DNA of 50,000 bases from Chiloscyllium plagiosum. Taxonomy: Eukaryota. Shown here in pieces: positions 26,001-38,930 of the stretch (position 1 is its first letter; every line of letters starts with the position of its first letter). The stretch covers positions 1 through 50,000 of the forward strand of contig NW_025214725.1 of NCBI RefSeq assembly GCF_004010195.1, given 5' to 3'. The notes under the pieces are model-generated. The model was not told the origin of the DNA. It made no database searches and saw only the letters and a list, made by a program, of their open reading frames with translations. Both the position numbers and the translations under genes were made by a program.

Positions 26001-27357
26001 CATTTTATATCAAATATAGTACAAGTGCAAAGCGGGCACAATAACAATCAACTGTCCGGTTTTTTTTCAGATAATAAAACCATTCATTAGGATTGCGAAG
26101 ATTTATCCCCCCGCCCCCTCTACTTACCTCAGACCCCAGCAGCTATCCATCATCCGCTGTAAACACATTAGTAAAGGATCTTTCCTTTCTGTTAAGATGT
26201 ATTGATCATTGTCAATAAAGGTACTTTGGAGGAACGGGTTAAAGCGAGCAGAGTTTTGTGTCTGCACTTATACTGAAGGTAAAAGATAGGCAGTCATTCA
26301 TCTATGGCAACATTGCTTTCAAGATTTAACAAAGGCAAATTATTTCCAGTCCAAACATTTTACCCCGTTGTCATTAGTCCTGGCCTTGTAGGTGCGCTTT
26401 CGTTGATTGAGGAGGAAGAGAAGGCTTTCTAGGCTTCTTATTTTGATTTTTTTTTTAAAAACTGGCGTTCTTTTTCGCTCCTGGTGTCATTTCCCAGAAA
26501 GCGGCTTCCCAAGGTACATGCTATTTTGCGCCTGTCATCAAAGAACAGAGGAGAGGGAGAGAGCAGGTTTGCAGTGATCACAGACAATTGATTGTCAGGA
26601 CTAATGTGTTTCATTTACATGTTTATAACGTCAATAGTGCTAGGGTGTCCACTGTACTATTCAGTCCACAATTCCACAAGGGTGCAATTGTCTGTGCGTC
26701 TATAACAGACACCTTTTCTGATGGGCTTTTAGTTGGCTCTTTTTTAGCCTGTTTTTTTTACATAAATAGCGGGGAGGGGGTTGGGGAGAGGGACTGAGTC
26801 AGACTGGCTGCTGTGGCATTACTGTTGATTTTTTTTTTTGCTTTATGCGTGTAACGTAATTAATAAAGATCATCCGACACTTAATTGCTGATGTTTGAGC
26901 AGATGCATGCAGGATCTGTGGAAAAAGCTAACCGAAATTTTTAAAACATAATCATACACGTTTCATTAGGAATATATTTGGATCAATCCTATGGCCTTCA
27001 GAAAGTGTAATATTTTACAGGCTTTTCGAAAAAAATAACTTTGAAATGTAAAGGAAGTGTATCTTTGCATGTTGTTGTGGGAAGAGTTATTTATTTTGTT
27101 GTCTGAGAGTTCTGCCTAACGGGAAAATATGCACAGCAGAGGCACCGTTAGCTGAACTCTGACTCTGCGGTCTTTTGAATGCCTAAGGTATGATTTCACT
27201 TTCACTCACATCAATGGTGACCTGAATGCCTTTCATATCTGATCCGCCGTGTCTCTCCCAGTAAACATCCCCTGAGGGGAGAACAAAGAAAGAGCTGCTT
27301 CTTCTTAATCACAATTCAGCCCTTTCACCGCCAGTAGGCTAAATTTGCATTCGGCAT

Positions 27358-27442
27358 CAAGAACAAGATGAAAAGAAAAGTGAGAGGATAAGAGAGAGGG
27401 GGGTGGAAGGGGAGAGAAAGAGAGAGAGAAAGGAGAGGAGGG
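27358..27442 (+). repeat. Polypurine (GA-rich) tract
   Basis: About 85 nt almost entirely A/G. Confidence 0.85.
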
Positions 27443-27719
27443 TTTAGTGTCGAGGAAAATAGCTTAGGTGTTTGAGAGAGCTAACTGGGCTTTCCCTAGT
27501 TACAGCCTTACATGGCTCGCACTCTCTCCCCTGTCCGTGTAGCCTTGGCCTGCTTGACAGACAGACAGATAATGTTTCAGGATGGCATGCCGGTACTATT
27601 CGTGGCCAGTCGCTTGCAACACTTGAGCAGAACTGTCTAAAGGGGATCAAATTCCCACTCCCGAGTCTGCCGCGCCTGGGGTCAGGTGTACATCCTGAAT
27701 ACGCCTGCTACCCAACATT

Positions 27720-27739
27720 TTGTGTGTGTGTGTGTGTGT
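27720..27739 (+). repeat. (TG)n microsatellite; similar short tracts at ~21908, ~23543 and ~31840
   Basis: Direct reading. Confidence 0.9.
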
Positions 27740-30700
27740 GGTTGTATGATACAGCCTTACAGTTCACCCATGGAAGGTGAGCGACAGGATTGTGTTCCCA
27801 CGAAAGGAGTAATATCTTTGACGGGTTTCTATTTTAGTTTCAGTTTGGTTTCAATCCATCAAGTACATTTTAGGTCTTTATAAAATTTAAAAAAAAAATT
27901 ATTCAACACAAAAGTGGAGCTGGCACGACATCCCACTATACAGAGCACTGTCATGTCAAGGCATTTTAGAGCTATTTGATCGGGGTAGTGACAGCTTTAG
28001 ATCAGTGACCACCTTTATCTCCAAATCCGTAGAAGTGCAGCAGCCTTTTCCGCTGGATGTGAACCCTTACGGGCTGTGCAGGCTACCAACCAGAGATTTC
28101 GGACTCAGCTAATAAGCTGCAATTCGCAACAATTAGTTGGCTTGGTGAAATTAACAAGAAGAATGTAATTTCCCAAACCAGGGGGGCAGCTGAATTCGAT
28201 TCCATCTCGTTTAAAGAGTAAAACTCGAAATTTTATTTAGGGAACTATCCGTCACGCATTATTATTTATTTATCTTAGATGTTAAGGGGCTGAAACAGTC
28301 TCCAAACGCAAGTTTAGTTTTGAAATAGTTTCGAAGGGCGGTGCACTGTTTTCATGCTACTTACATTCTGGACGATTTATTTAATTTTTTTTTGTTCAGG
28401 AGCATAGGGAGTGAGGGTAGTTGTCCTTTGCTGCCTGTTTTGCTGTTCTGACTTCCCCTTGTCACCCTTCCTTCCAACGACTGACAGATTTAACCAGGTT
28501 CACTTCAGCGCACACCTTCACACAAACTTGGGGTGGGCAGTAAGTGAAGTAGAAAGCTGATTGCAATTTAAAACAAAACATTTCTGTGCGAGGCAGTTTG
28601 CTGGGATCGCCCTTTGCCAGGCATGGGTTGATGTCTGCTCAGACGCTTTAACCCCTGGGTAGGGCACTTTCTCAGGAGCTCCCACTCCCTCGTGTCATCA
28701 ATGCCGGTGGAAGCCAGCAGAGGATAAAATTTACCACGTTTCCAGAGGTTTCACTTTCCGTTCTCTCTTGAAATAAAACGTCGCTCGTGAACTTCGTGTT
28801 TGAGGCGTAGTGAGTTAAATAGAGTAAGTGTCAGTGTGCTGGAGCAGCGTGGTACTGTGAGAAAGCAGAATGTTAACATGAAAGGTGTTTCCTATCTTGT
28901 TAGAGCCGATGCTAAAACTGCAAACTCCCCTGCCACAGAGTCTGATGATTGGACGATACTGATCAAGTTCCCTCGAAGATGATATACTACTCTGCTGAAC
29001 TGCCCATCTCCTCTTTAAAGTCAGATTACAAAGAGATGAAAGGAGTTGAAAGTGAACATCGTGAAGCTTGATTACAAACATCCCGCGGTTCCTGCAGGGC
29101 TTGCTAGGAGCGTGTAGTACATTTCCAGTGGAGATTTGAAATCAATAAACTCGCAAAAGTCCGACTTGGACCTGAGTGAAGAGGTAGTACCGGTGAAGGG
29201 TTACCGCACTGGGGACAGCATGAGTTCACGTTGTCCCGTCCCAGCAGCTGGTGATGGGCGAACGCGGGATATCCCCCGGGAAACGCATTAGGCATCAGGA
29301 AGGTTAGTCCGGCGGCGCCGCCTCTGCGCAATTCCCAGCGGCCGGTTCAGAGAGGCGCTTACCTGGCCCCTGGGGGATGCAGGCGAGGGTCAGGAGAACA
29401 GAGGAAGGGCAAAGTGACTTTAACCACCAGAGAAGGCAGTGGGACACCACACCTCCCCCCAACCCACCTCAAAATAAAACCATAAACTAGTCTTAGAAAG
29501 GTAAGAATGTAGAGGGGATGCTGTTAGATCTTTGGGAACAAGCCAATTGCGGACCACTGGACAGAAAGCTCAGGCCACTCATAGGCAAAAAATGTCACTT
29601 CTGGACCTTGTGTGGACAGAGCCAGAGCTTTGGAAAATGTGTAATATCAAATCGTGCATAAAACGACTGAACAGTGATTCTTCCCATTAAGTGACAGCTT
29701 GCACAGGGCGTTTTCTAACACATTACCGGAACCAGAGGGAACAGTTACTGAAAAACAGATAACCATAAAACAACAAATTCCAAATACTAATAGAAAATAC
29801 GATGCAGTATCGAACTAAGCCATGCTATGGCAGAAACAACTGTACACTATGTTTTTTTTTCTGTGTGTGAATACTTCTGTATATGTTGGCAAAACTATTT
29901 TGGATGAAAAATGGAAATTGACAGAGCAAGTGCTGCCAGTGCAGTGAGCTTCTGCAGCCATCTCCTGCCCAGGGGTCTGTAGTGAAACACTAGTTTTGAG
30001 CTGTACTGGTGACATACGGCACTGTGTATTTGATTGTAAGGTGGAAGAGCACTTCTGGCAAGGTCATTGGCAGAGTGAACAATCAATAGCAGATCAGCAG
30101 ATTAAGATATCATGACATCCAGAATCCAAGCCATTTATTTATTTATTAACATGAATCGGATACTTCATATACTCTGATCTAAACTTAATTTCAAAGCTGC
30201 TTTTTTTTGCCCCTTCTCACTAAGTGTCACTCTCATCACCTGTGTTCCCTTTCTCCCACTAACAAAAACATAGCCATGAGCTGGATGGGCAGTGTTTTGT
30301 CCTGAGGTACCTCTTACAATAGTGACTGTTGAAGATATGTGAAGTTATGACCGAAGGTGGCAACATTGCTGTCCTTTGCTCAGTTCCTTGGGGTAGTATC
30401 AACATATGACTCATATAAGAAAATTATTATGCTTGGGAATCAAACTTTTGTTTTTTTTATATCTAAAATACTGGTTGACTCGATCTCTGTTCACTGTGAA
30501 GTGGTTTCATTTCAAACTTAATACATAAATGAAACATAAGAGGCATGTATTACAAGAGTTAGTTAATACCAGCAAAATCAAAGGAAAAGTTTCAAAGCAA
30601 GTTTTTATTTAAAGAACAAAATTCATGATGATGATATATGATGCATGAAAGCTTGTAAAACCTAAAGGCTAACTGTTCAATACATGCTAATTGTAAGTGT

Positions 30701-33700
30701 GTCAGCTCCTGGTGTCTTCTGCTGTTAAACTGTGGTGCTGACCAACACTTCCTCTGAGAGTAAGCGGTAAATGCAAAGAAAGATTAGCTACTACTCTCTT
30801 GAGCCCCTTTGTGCCTCTACGTGCAGTTGAAAGTTTACATGTAAACAGCCCTGTAATTGCAGAGGCATGACTTTGGAATTCATTTGTTCTAGGATAGCAG
30901 CAGCCACTTATGCAATAAACAGCTTGGGCACATGTGCCTGTTTAATCTGAGGATATGCTCACCTGCGGCTGTACACAGACCGTTGAAGTTCAATAGACCA
31001 TCCTGTCTTCAAAGTGTCCACCGTTATGATAGTCTAAGTAAAGCTGGTTGCTTGTTTATCATGTAAAAAATATAGTCCTTGTCTGTTTTTGTTGTTAACT
31101 CTCAGTTGGTTTATTGTACATTTTTGAGGAAAGCTCCCATTATAAACAGAGCTGCTCTCACCAATGTAAAATGATCAGTCTCCAGTAATGGACACTGTTG
31201 TGACAAGGCTATCTCTTCAATGGGAGCCCATACCTGCCACAAAACAATTCCCAAGCTATTCCACATAGTTTCATGCTAGGAATGATTGGATAGTTCAAAC
31301 AATTCACTTGACTCAAAGATGTCTCCTTCATGAGGTATTCATGGGATGTCATATTTCCTTGTATTTCATAAATGCTCAATATATATGTATATAAACTACT
31401 TATTTGATTGAGATTCTTCATTATTCAAGCACTGCAAAGTTAATGAACACAGAGAGGTAACTGCATTGAAATCCAAGTACTTACTACACAGGAAAACCTC
31501 AAACTAAATAGGAAGGGAAAAAGTAGTTTACTTGAATAATGAGTTTCATTTGCTGTTAGAACAAACAACAAAAAAGGCAGCACAGATGCGACTAGTTCAG
31601 ATAGCCCTTGTCAACTTAACAACTCTTGAAGATGCAACCAAACTCTTGAAGATGTACAACTTTCTATACCTCGATTCTAGCATCCAGCAGTCTTGATAAT
31701 CCAGTAGAATTTGCTTTTAGCAGATAAGTCAGAGTGTGAAGCCCTTCTTTGCATTTCATTCAGAAAAAAAAAATTCCTTGACATTTGTACAGACAGCATA
31801 TTCAGACTTGCCTAACACCTTTGAAACTTTATGTTATGAATGTGTGTGTGTGTGTGTATGGGGGATATGTTGCACGTTGTTGTATTAGCAGTGGCTGTTG
31901 CTAGCTACAGTACACACATCTGTGGCTGGCAGGAAGGAGTTGTCTTCAGTAATTAATGTAATGAAATATTCATCTGCGCTACCTTTTCAGTAGTCTCACA
32001 AATTAGGCTGTAACACTTAATGTCTGCACTGCCTCCGTTTTTATTATAATGGCAGGTTTTGCATCCGCAATTAGGACTTATACTGACAGTTACAATTTCC
32101 AAGGGATGGTAAACAGCGTGGTGTATGAGAAGCGTAATCCACGTGCAAAGCCCCCATCTCTTTAACCTTGTTGTTTTTTGTGCAGAGGTTACCTTTTCCC
32201 GACAGTGCAAAATCGACTTGACATAACTGTTCATCAGTTTCAAGGTTCTCCCTCGAGGTATTTACATCAAATCAGCCCAGTCAAGCTTCAAGTTGAAATT
32301 GGCAGCCCAGAAACTGACAGGGTTGGGACTGGGAAAGAGACAGCACATAGGCAGCGAATTGACAGCAGCAGGGTGAAAGAGACAAAGCTTCTCGGCTTCT
32401 GTGGAAAAAAAAGATCAGCCCTAACGGTGCAGGTCAGCACGATGCAAGGCACTCTTTCAGTGCTACTATGGCTGTTGTGAGGTTGTTATTCTGGGTGTGG
32501 GGTATGTAAAGGTGAAGCTAAAACATAGTAACCTGGTGACACAATAAAAAGAAATTTGTGAAAAAATTGTAGTCAGTTCTAAAGTTAGAGTGTACTTGTA
32601 ATATTTTGTCACTTTTGGTTTTATGTGAAAGCTGTACAAACAATCATAATTTTGTTGAAGAGCTTGCTTCTTTTGATGGCCCAGCAGTTTTATAGTTAAT
32701 AGGAGACAGCGCTGATCAAACTCAAATGGTCTGGTCTGAAAAGTTATTCCAATACAAAAAAAATCTGATTAGTGCAAATACACTTTATTCAAACGTCAAG
32801 CATAAAGGCCTGTGTGGGTGAGGGTGGGGGGTTGTGGTGCAAAACGCTTTAAAATTGCTTCATATGAGCACACAGAATTTAAAATATGTTATTTTAAAAT
32901 TGCATGGTAAATGAAAAGAAAAGAACATCCTAAGGTGTCCATTGTGTGTCAAAGGAAATAAACAGCAGCCATTGATTCTCTGTTGAGACAGAAAAAGTTT
33001 TGGATGCACTTTGAAGAAATAAATGCGCAGAACCATTTCTGAATGGTTGGGTACTGATGGGTAGCCCAATGCCTGAAAAAATATCCGTCCTATCTCTATT
33101 CAAGTAATAAAGGTTCACCTTAAGAGTTAAACATTCTTTGAAATACTTTCCTTCAGCTTTGCATTTGACAGGCACTGGGCATCTATTGATGGTTTTTCGA
33201 TGAGCAGTGTTGAGCTAAAGTAGTGTGACCAGAGAGTTTTGTTAAGCTCTGAACAAAAGATTGGAGATGCCTCACTGGCATTGTCCACGCATATATATTG
33301 ACCCTTGTCACAGTTTTACTTGATTTAATGCTCTGTTTATTCCTATCTGTGCTTTGAGACCTCCTTTTGCCAAGGTGCAGAGAAGCAGCTTAGTAAATAG
33401 ATTCTGCAACCTTCAGATTTGTTTTCTGTCTGTCTTTGTAAAGGAGAGAATTGTAGTCCACTCCTCAGGTTGTTTCAAAAAAAGAAGTGTTTGCTGTGAG
33501 ATTTAATCGTGGATGGGTGGGGGTGGGGTGGGGGTGGGGAGGTGTGAGCTCAGGGTACTCTGCAGAGGTAGTCATGGGAAGCGTCTCTCGACTGGAAAGA
33601 ATGCACGGCAGGTCAGGGTGTGAGTTTGCAGGGAGCCATAGCCAATGTAAACCCCTAGAAGCAGGTACTTTGTTCCTTGTCAAAAATCAAAAGCCACACC

Positions 33701-36700
33701 AGTTATGAAAAGGTTGGAGGCATCACTTTTTAAGTTGTGACAGCTCCAGTTGTCATAGTTTCTGCAACATTTACATTATTTTAAGCCTCCCAAAAGAAGT
33801 CATGACATATTCAGCTCCTGTTTGAGTTCAAATGCTTACCCTATCACCCAGCTTGACAATTGTCCGAAATTTGATATTGTTTCCCATCAAATGAAATCAA
33901 CTAAACTGAGTTTTATCTACTGTGAGAAAAAAAAGTTCATGTTATGTTTAAAACTCCAATCAAAATTATGATCCATTCTTCAGCAGGATCTCCAAAATAA
34001 TTATCTTATTCATGTGCATGTTACTTCTGGATGGGTGTTGATATATGTTATTGAATGAGAGATGGAAACAAGTTACTGAAGAAAGAAGAATGAAGTAAAA
34101 CACAGAGCACAGCGTGGAAACAATAATGTATACTGACAATTACACATAGACACTACCCAGAGAAAACGCAACTATAGATACCTATACAGATGCAGATATC
34201 ATATATAAACACACAGACACATATGCATAGACATGGATTCTGTCAGACACAGTCACAAAATATATATCTTTACTTTTCACTTGTATTAGATTAGGACCAA
34301 AATGTTTACATTGTGCACACTAACATCACAGTTGACTTTTTAGGAATATATATATAAACCTTTAACTTTATAAAATAGCTTATCCTTAGAGAAAGGGACT
34401 TGGTTTTGGGCTAAAAGCATTCACACTTAGTGTCTTTAAAAATGATGGAGGTGCTAGGTTTTCATGTGCAAAGCATTATCAGAGTCAGACCAGTTAAAGC
34501 CAACTACATTTAGTTAAAGCATATCATCCCACCCCACCCCGAACTGTGTGCCACATAAGCATACTCTGGATATGCATCTCAATTATTTTAGACACATTCT
34601 AGGATTATAAATATCAAAAACTGAACAATGCTGTTCAATCCCAGGAATGTGAATCCAGTTGTAAAATTTGCTGAACAACCATATTTGATGATAAAAGAGT
34701 TGCCCTCAATCCCATCACTAGTGTGCAAACACCCCAAAGCATTTGTACATAATTAAATAAGGTTGTGACTGTCTGATTTGAATCCTCAATTCTCCGTTGC
34801 CCCTTTCTCTCTGCTGAACATTTGGACAGGTAAACAGATACAGATGCAGTCACTTGATACAGTCTTGGTTTGAGGGGTGGTGGAAATCAAATTCAGTTTA
34901 GATCAAATGATTGAAATTGAATTTGAACTCCCATTACAAGCAGGACAGGAGCAACATGACACTGATGATGTGTTTGCAGCCTTATGACCCAGTTATCAGT
35001 ACCCTGTGGTGGAAAATGGATTTGTGTCCTCAGTGAAGCAGGTAACAGCCTATTTTTCAACAGCAACAGTTCAGATACATTGTCTGGCCCAAAGTATTTC
35101 TCCATGGGCAGCTCACCCTTTCACTGAGGTGGTTGGAGCAAAGGTTTCAATGTTAGAAGTAATTGGCTGCTTGCATTGTTAGTTGCATTTATTCTCAACT
35201 GAAACTGGCAAGAAAAGAAGGAAACAATGTCAGAGTAGCAGCGATTCTGAACTGAAGAAGAGTTTGACCATGTGGAGTTGACTTTAGTGAGCTGGAGAGA
35301 TTTGTCCATTGAGTGTCTCATGGTATAGCTGTCATTGGACTGTAGGATATCTTGATGGTGCCAGTTTGCCCAACTCAAAGTGTGCCCTCTCTGCATACAA
35401 AACACAAAAGCTTCGTTGGTAATGTAAAGCCTCAGCTTGACGTATACTACACATAAAGATACCAGATGTCTGGCAGTGAGTTACAAAGCTCAGTCCGATG
35501 CTTCTAATGACATCATGTAATGGCATTGTAATTTGGAAGTACTAAATTCAAGTGGTTAATGAAAGCCAACCATACTCCTTGTTTGCATTAGAGCTGCTAA
35601 CTCATTGCCAGCATTTTGTTAGCCTGTCTGTTTATGTTTAATAGTTTTTTTTGTTAATTTCTTTCTGGCATATTTTTATGATGCAGAGTCTGTTTCTTGA
35701 TGTTAGTGTACCTTGATTCTAAGTACATACTTGTGTCTCCTTGCCAGCGATCCTCTTCTATAACCTGATGTGTACCATCAGCATCTGCACCTCATCAAGT
35801 GATGTCCCATCGATAGCTGTTGTGCATTGTCTACAACTTGATTTATGACAATGATATGCCACTTTGAAAGAACAATTTTGGTTCCTTCAATGTTCTCAAA
35901 TACAATATTCTTTACACATTAAAGGTGCATCACCTAATGGCGATGTACAGTATATTGAAGTGCATGTGCAAATCACTGATTTCAGATACTGGTGTTTCTG
36001 TGAGAACGCTAAATGAATTTCACAGAAGCCAATTGGGATCTACTTAAAGACATTTTTCACAATGTTTGACACTTTCTCCCTCATGATGTAGTCACTTTTG
36101 TGTGAAGAAATAAAGCAAATCGTAAGGAGTTTTGTTAAGTCATGGAGTATTGGAATAGTTTATTGGGATTGACTCGAATGTCTACATTGGTGTTATTTTC
36201 TAATTATAAAAAAGAAATTGACAGTGGATATTTTTTAAAGGGGCCTGACAAGCTGACAGCGTGGAACCTGTGACTCATTCCTGCCTCAAACCATCAAGTG
36301 ACATACAGGGAGTGCATATTTTAATGGATGGGCGTTGGAACGAAGATGATTTTGAAAGAGGTCGAACCCCTTCTTGTCAGTCTGAGAAGGGTTGGCTCTC
36401 TGTTGTAAAATCAGTTCTAAGTGCCATTAGTCTGACGTCCTTAATATTTGATGCAGGTTTTCTCTGAACTGTGTCTAATTTCTACACCTTTCCATATGAA
36501 GCATCAAACCGCCTATGTTCCGGCTTATCCTCTCCGGCTAAGTTTGCTTAAACTGTCTAAGCTCTTTGAATTTTGAATTCCCTTGATGCTATCACTTTTG
36601 TCATTTAACAGCTTTGAGAATGATCATCACTGCAGCTAAAATGTTTTAAATCATTGGGGCTGAGAAAGGAATTGTCATTGAGGATTCTTGTACTAAAAAA

Positions 36701-38414
36701 CTTTCTGCTTTAAATTGCACTTGTAAAAAGTGTGGATTTGAAGACAGAGCTCAAGGAGGGGTTAAAACCTAGTTCTCTAGCTAAGAACAGAGACTATGTT
36801 ATTTTAATGGTGCTTAAATTGAGTTTGAAGACAATTTTGCTGTGTGAAATGAATATTGAAGTTAAATTAAATTGTGACCACCAAAAACCCTTTTTTGTGA
36901 GTTAATATATATTTTGATGTTTTAATTAATTTTTACATTATTGCTTGATTTACTTAGTAATAAGGCAAAATTAATTAATAATTATAATAAGAGTAACTCA
37001 TTCCCAGGAAGGTTATACTAAAGTAATTAAAAATTTAAAATGGAATCTTGTAGTTTTGCTTTGTGTTCCAGTAATATGCAATAAAGTAATTTAAGGCCAA
37101 AAAACTCTTTCATTTGCAATATAATTGCTTCTTTTTGCACATCTTCAGTACAGTTAATTAAAAGCACTGATTATCTTCAGTTACACTACCTTTGTACCTA
37201 AAACATCTTGACCAAATGATAAAACAGGTGCAAGTATATTTAAAAGTAAAATTGCAATTAGCATTGGAAATTGTGAAATTGATAGAAATTGCTGCTAATT
37301 TTAGTGTGTGACAACATAATTTATCCACCTCAAACACAGATAGTGCTCAAACGAACAATTACCTCCTTCTCCATTTGCAATCTGCAGGTGAAAGTGTTTG
37401 CTAAATATTTAAGCAACGTGAGGATGTTTTCTCACATTGAGTAGGTTTCTACCGTGTGAAATAGGAGAGAGGAGTCGAATGAATAGTTTCTAGTTAAAGG
37501 TGTAGAAATAGATAAGACATTTTTTCTCCTTCACTGGAAGAGGTTAAGTTGCTTGGGAGGTAGCCTTTTTAGTGGAATACATTAACCATTAAGGGCCAGG
37601 CTGGCAGTCTGCACTGTGTTGGATTCAGTTTGTTCATTCATGAAATCATATCCTGTGCATTTCTTGAATGGCTGTTCCATTTGTAACTGGCACTGGAAAT
37701 ATACAGAGTGCAATTTGTGGGAATGTTTATATTGCTCTTGCTCTTCTGTTGCAATAATTCTGACACTGAAATGAAGGACTTGAGAAGAAATGTTAGGTAG
37801 TTGTGCCATGGCAGAAGGTGGCTACAAAAATTTATGTATTTTTGGATTGAAGTGAAAGTGAGAAGAAATGTTGATTCAGTACACAACTGTGAGGGACACA
37901 TTATATATTTTTTGAATTAATTTAGATATGTCAGCCTGGCCTGGGCAATTTAATTTCTAATTGTAAAGTATATGTTTGTCTTGAATGGAAATATTGATAT
38001 AATACTTCTGCTCTGATTTAAATATCACATTTAAACAGTACATTTTACATAAATGGATATATTTATCAAGCATGTTTAATTGGTACAATTATACAGCACA
38101 CAGTGTTTCTGTTTACACAGTACCTGCACTGTCGTTAAATGGGAACATTTATAAATTGCTTTCTGTAATTGAATAAACATGTTTATAAAGTGTTTACTTC
38201 TTTTTTTCTTCATTCAGTTTTCTCCCTGTATTGTAGTTCTTCCAAATATTAAGGCTTATGCTTGCAGACGGTTCCGTTAGGTTTCAGTGACCCTCTACTA
38301 CTACCCCCAAGTGGTCTTAACAGGTGGTGAATTCAAGTGTACATAATTATATACTAACTATTTAAAAGGAGCTTTTTGTACTGTACACATCATTTGAAAT
38401 GAATGCAAAGGTTG

Positions 38415-38930
38415 CAACCATGCTCTATTTAAATGGATTGTTCATGCAGAGTAACACTATTTATTTCTTATACAAGCTGTGCTGTACCTGAATAAGTTAG
38501 CTCTTTTGAGTTAAATCTGTGCTCTATTTTAATGAACAGAATTAAATAATACATTATTTTACTGGATGAATTCATACATGATCTGCTTGAAATAAACATG
38601 TTAATCTAATATGAACTCTGCTCTTTGTTGTCTAACTGAATACATTTATACAGCTGTTGTGGCATGCAGATGATTATATAGTTTATGGACTCTTAAAATG
38701 GGCATATTTACTTTGTACCATCAATCTAAAGGAATACATTTAAACAGTGCGTGTTCAATTTAAATCAGCATATTTCTAAAATATGTGCTCCATTTAGGAA
38801 AACACATTTTACATAGCATGAACTGTATTTTAAAATATTTGTTTCTGCAAAATGTGCTCAATTTGAATAGCCTGTACCTGTGTTCAACTTAAATAGACAT
38901 TTGTGTATGCGTTCTGTTTGAATAGACTTA
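38415..38930 (+). repeat. Degenerate minisatellite-like array, motif ~TGTGCTCWATTTRAATAG
   Basis: Copies near 38419, 38478, 38518, 38577, 38750, 38784, 38818, 38853, 38879 and 38908. Confidence 0.65.

Noticed and set aside
31621..31654. AACTCTTGAAGATG duplicated at 20-bp period
   Set aside because: Ordinary micro-duplication with no further structure.
38415..38930. CRISPR-like repeat/spacer appearance
   Set aside because: Vertebrate intron, repeats highly degenerate, spacing irregular, no cas genes.
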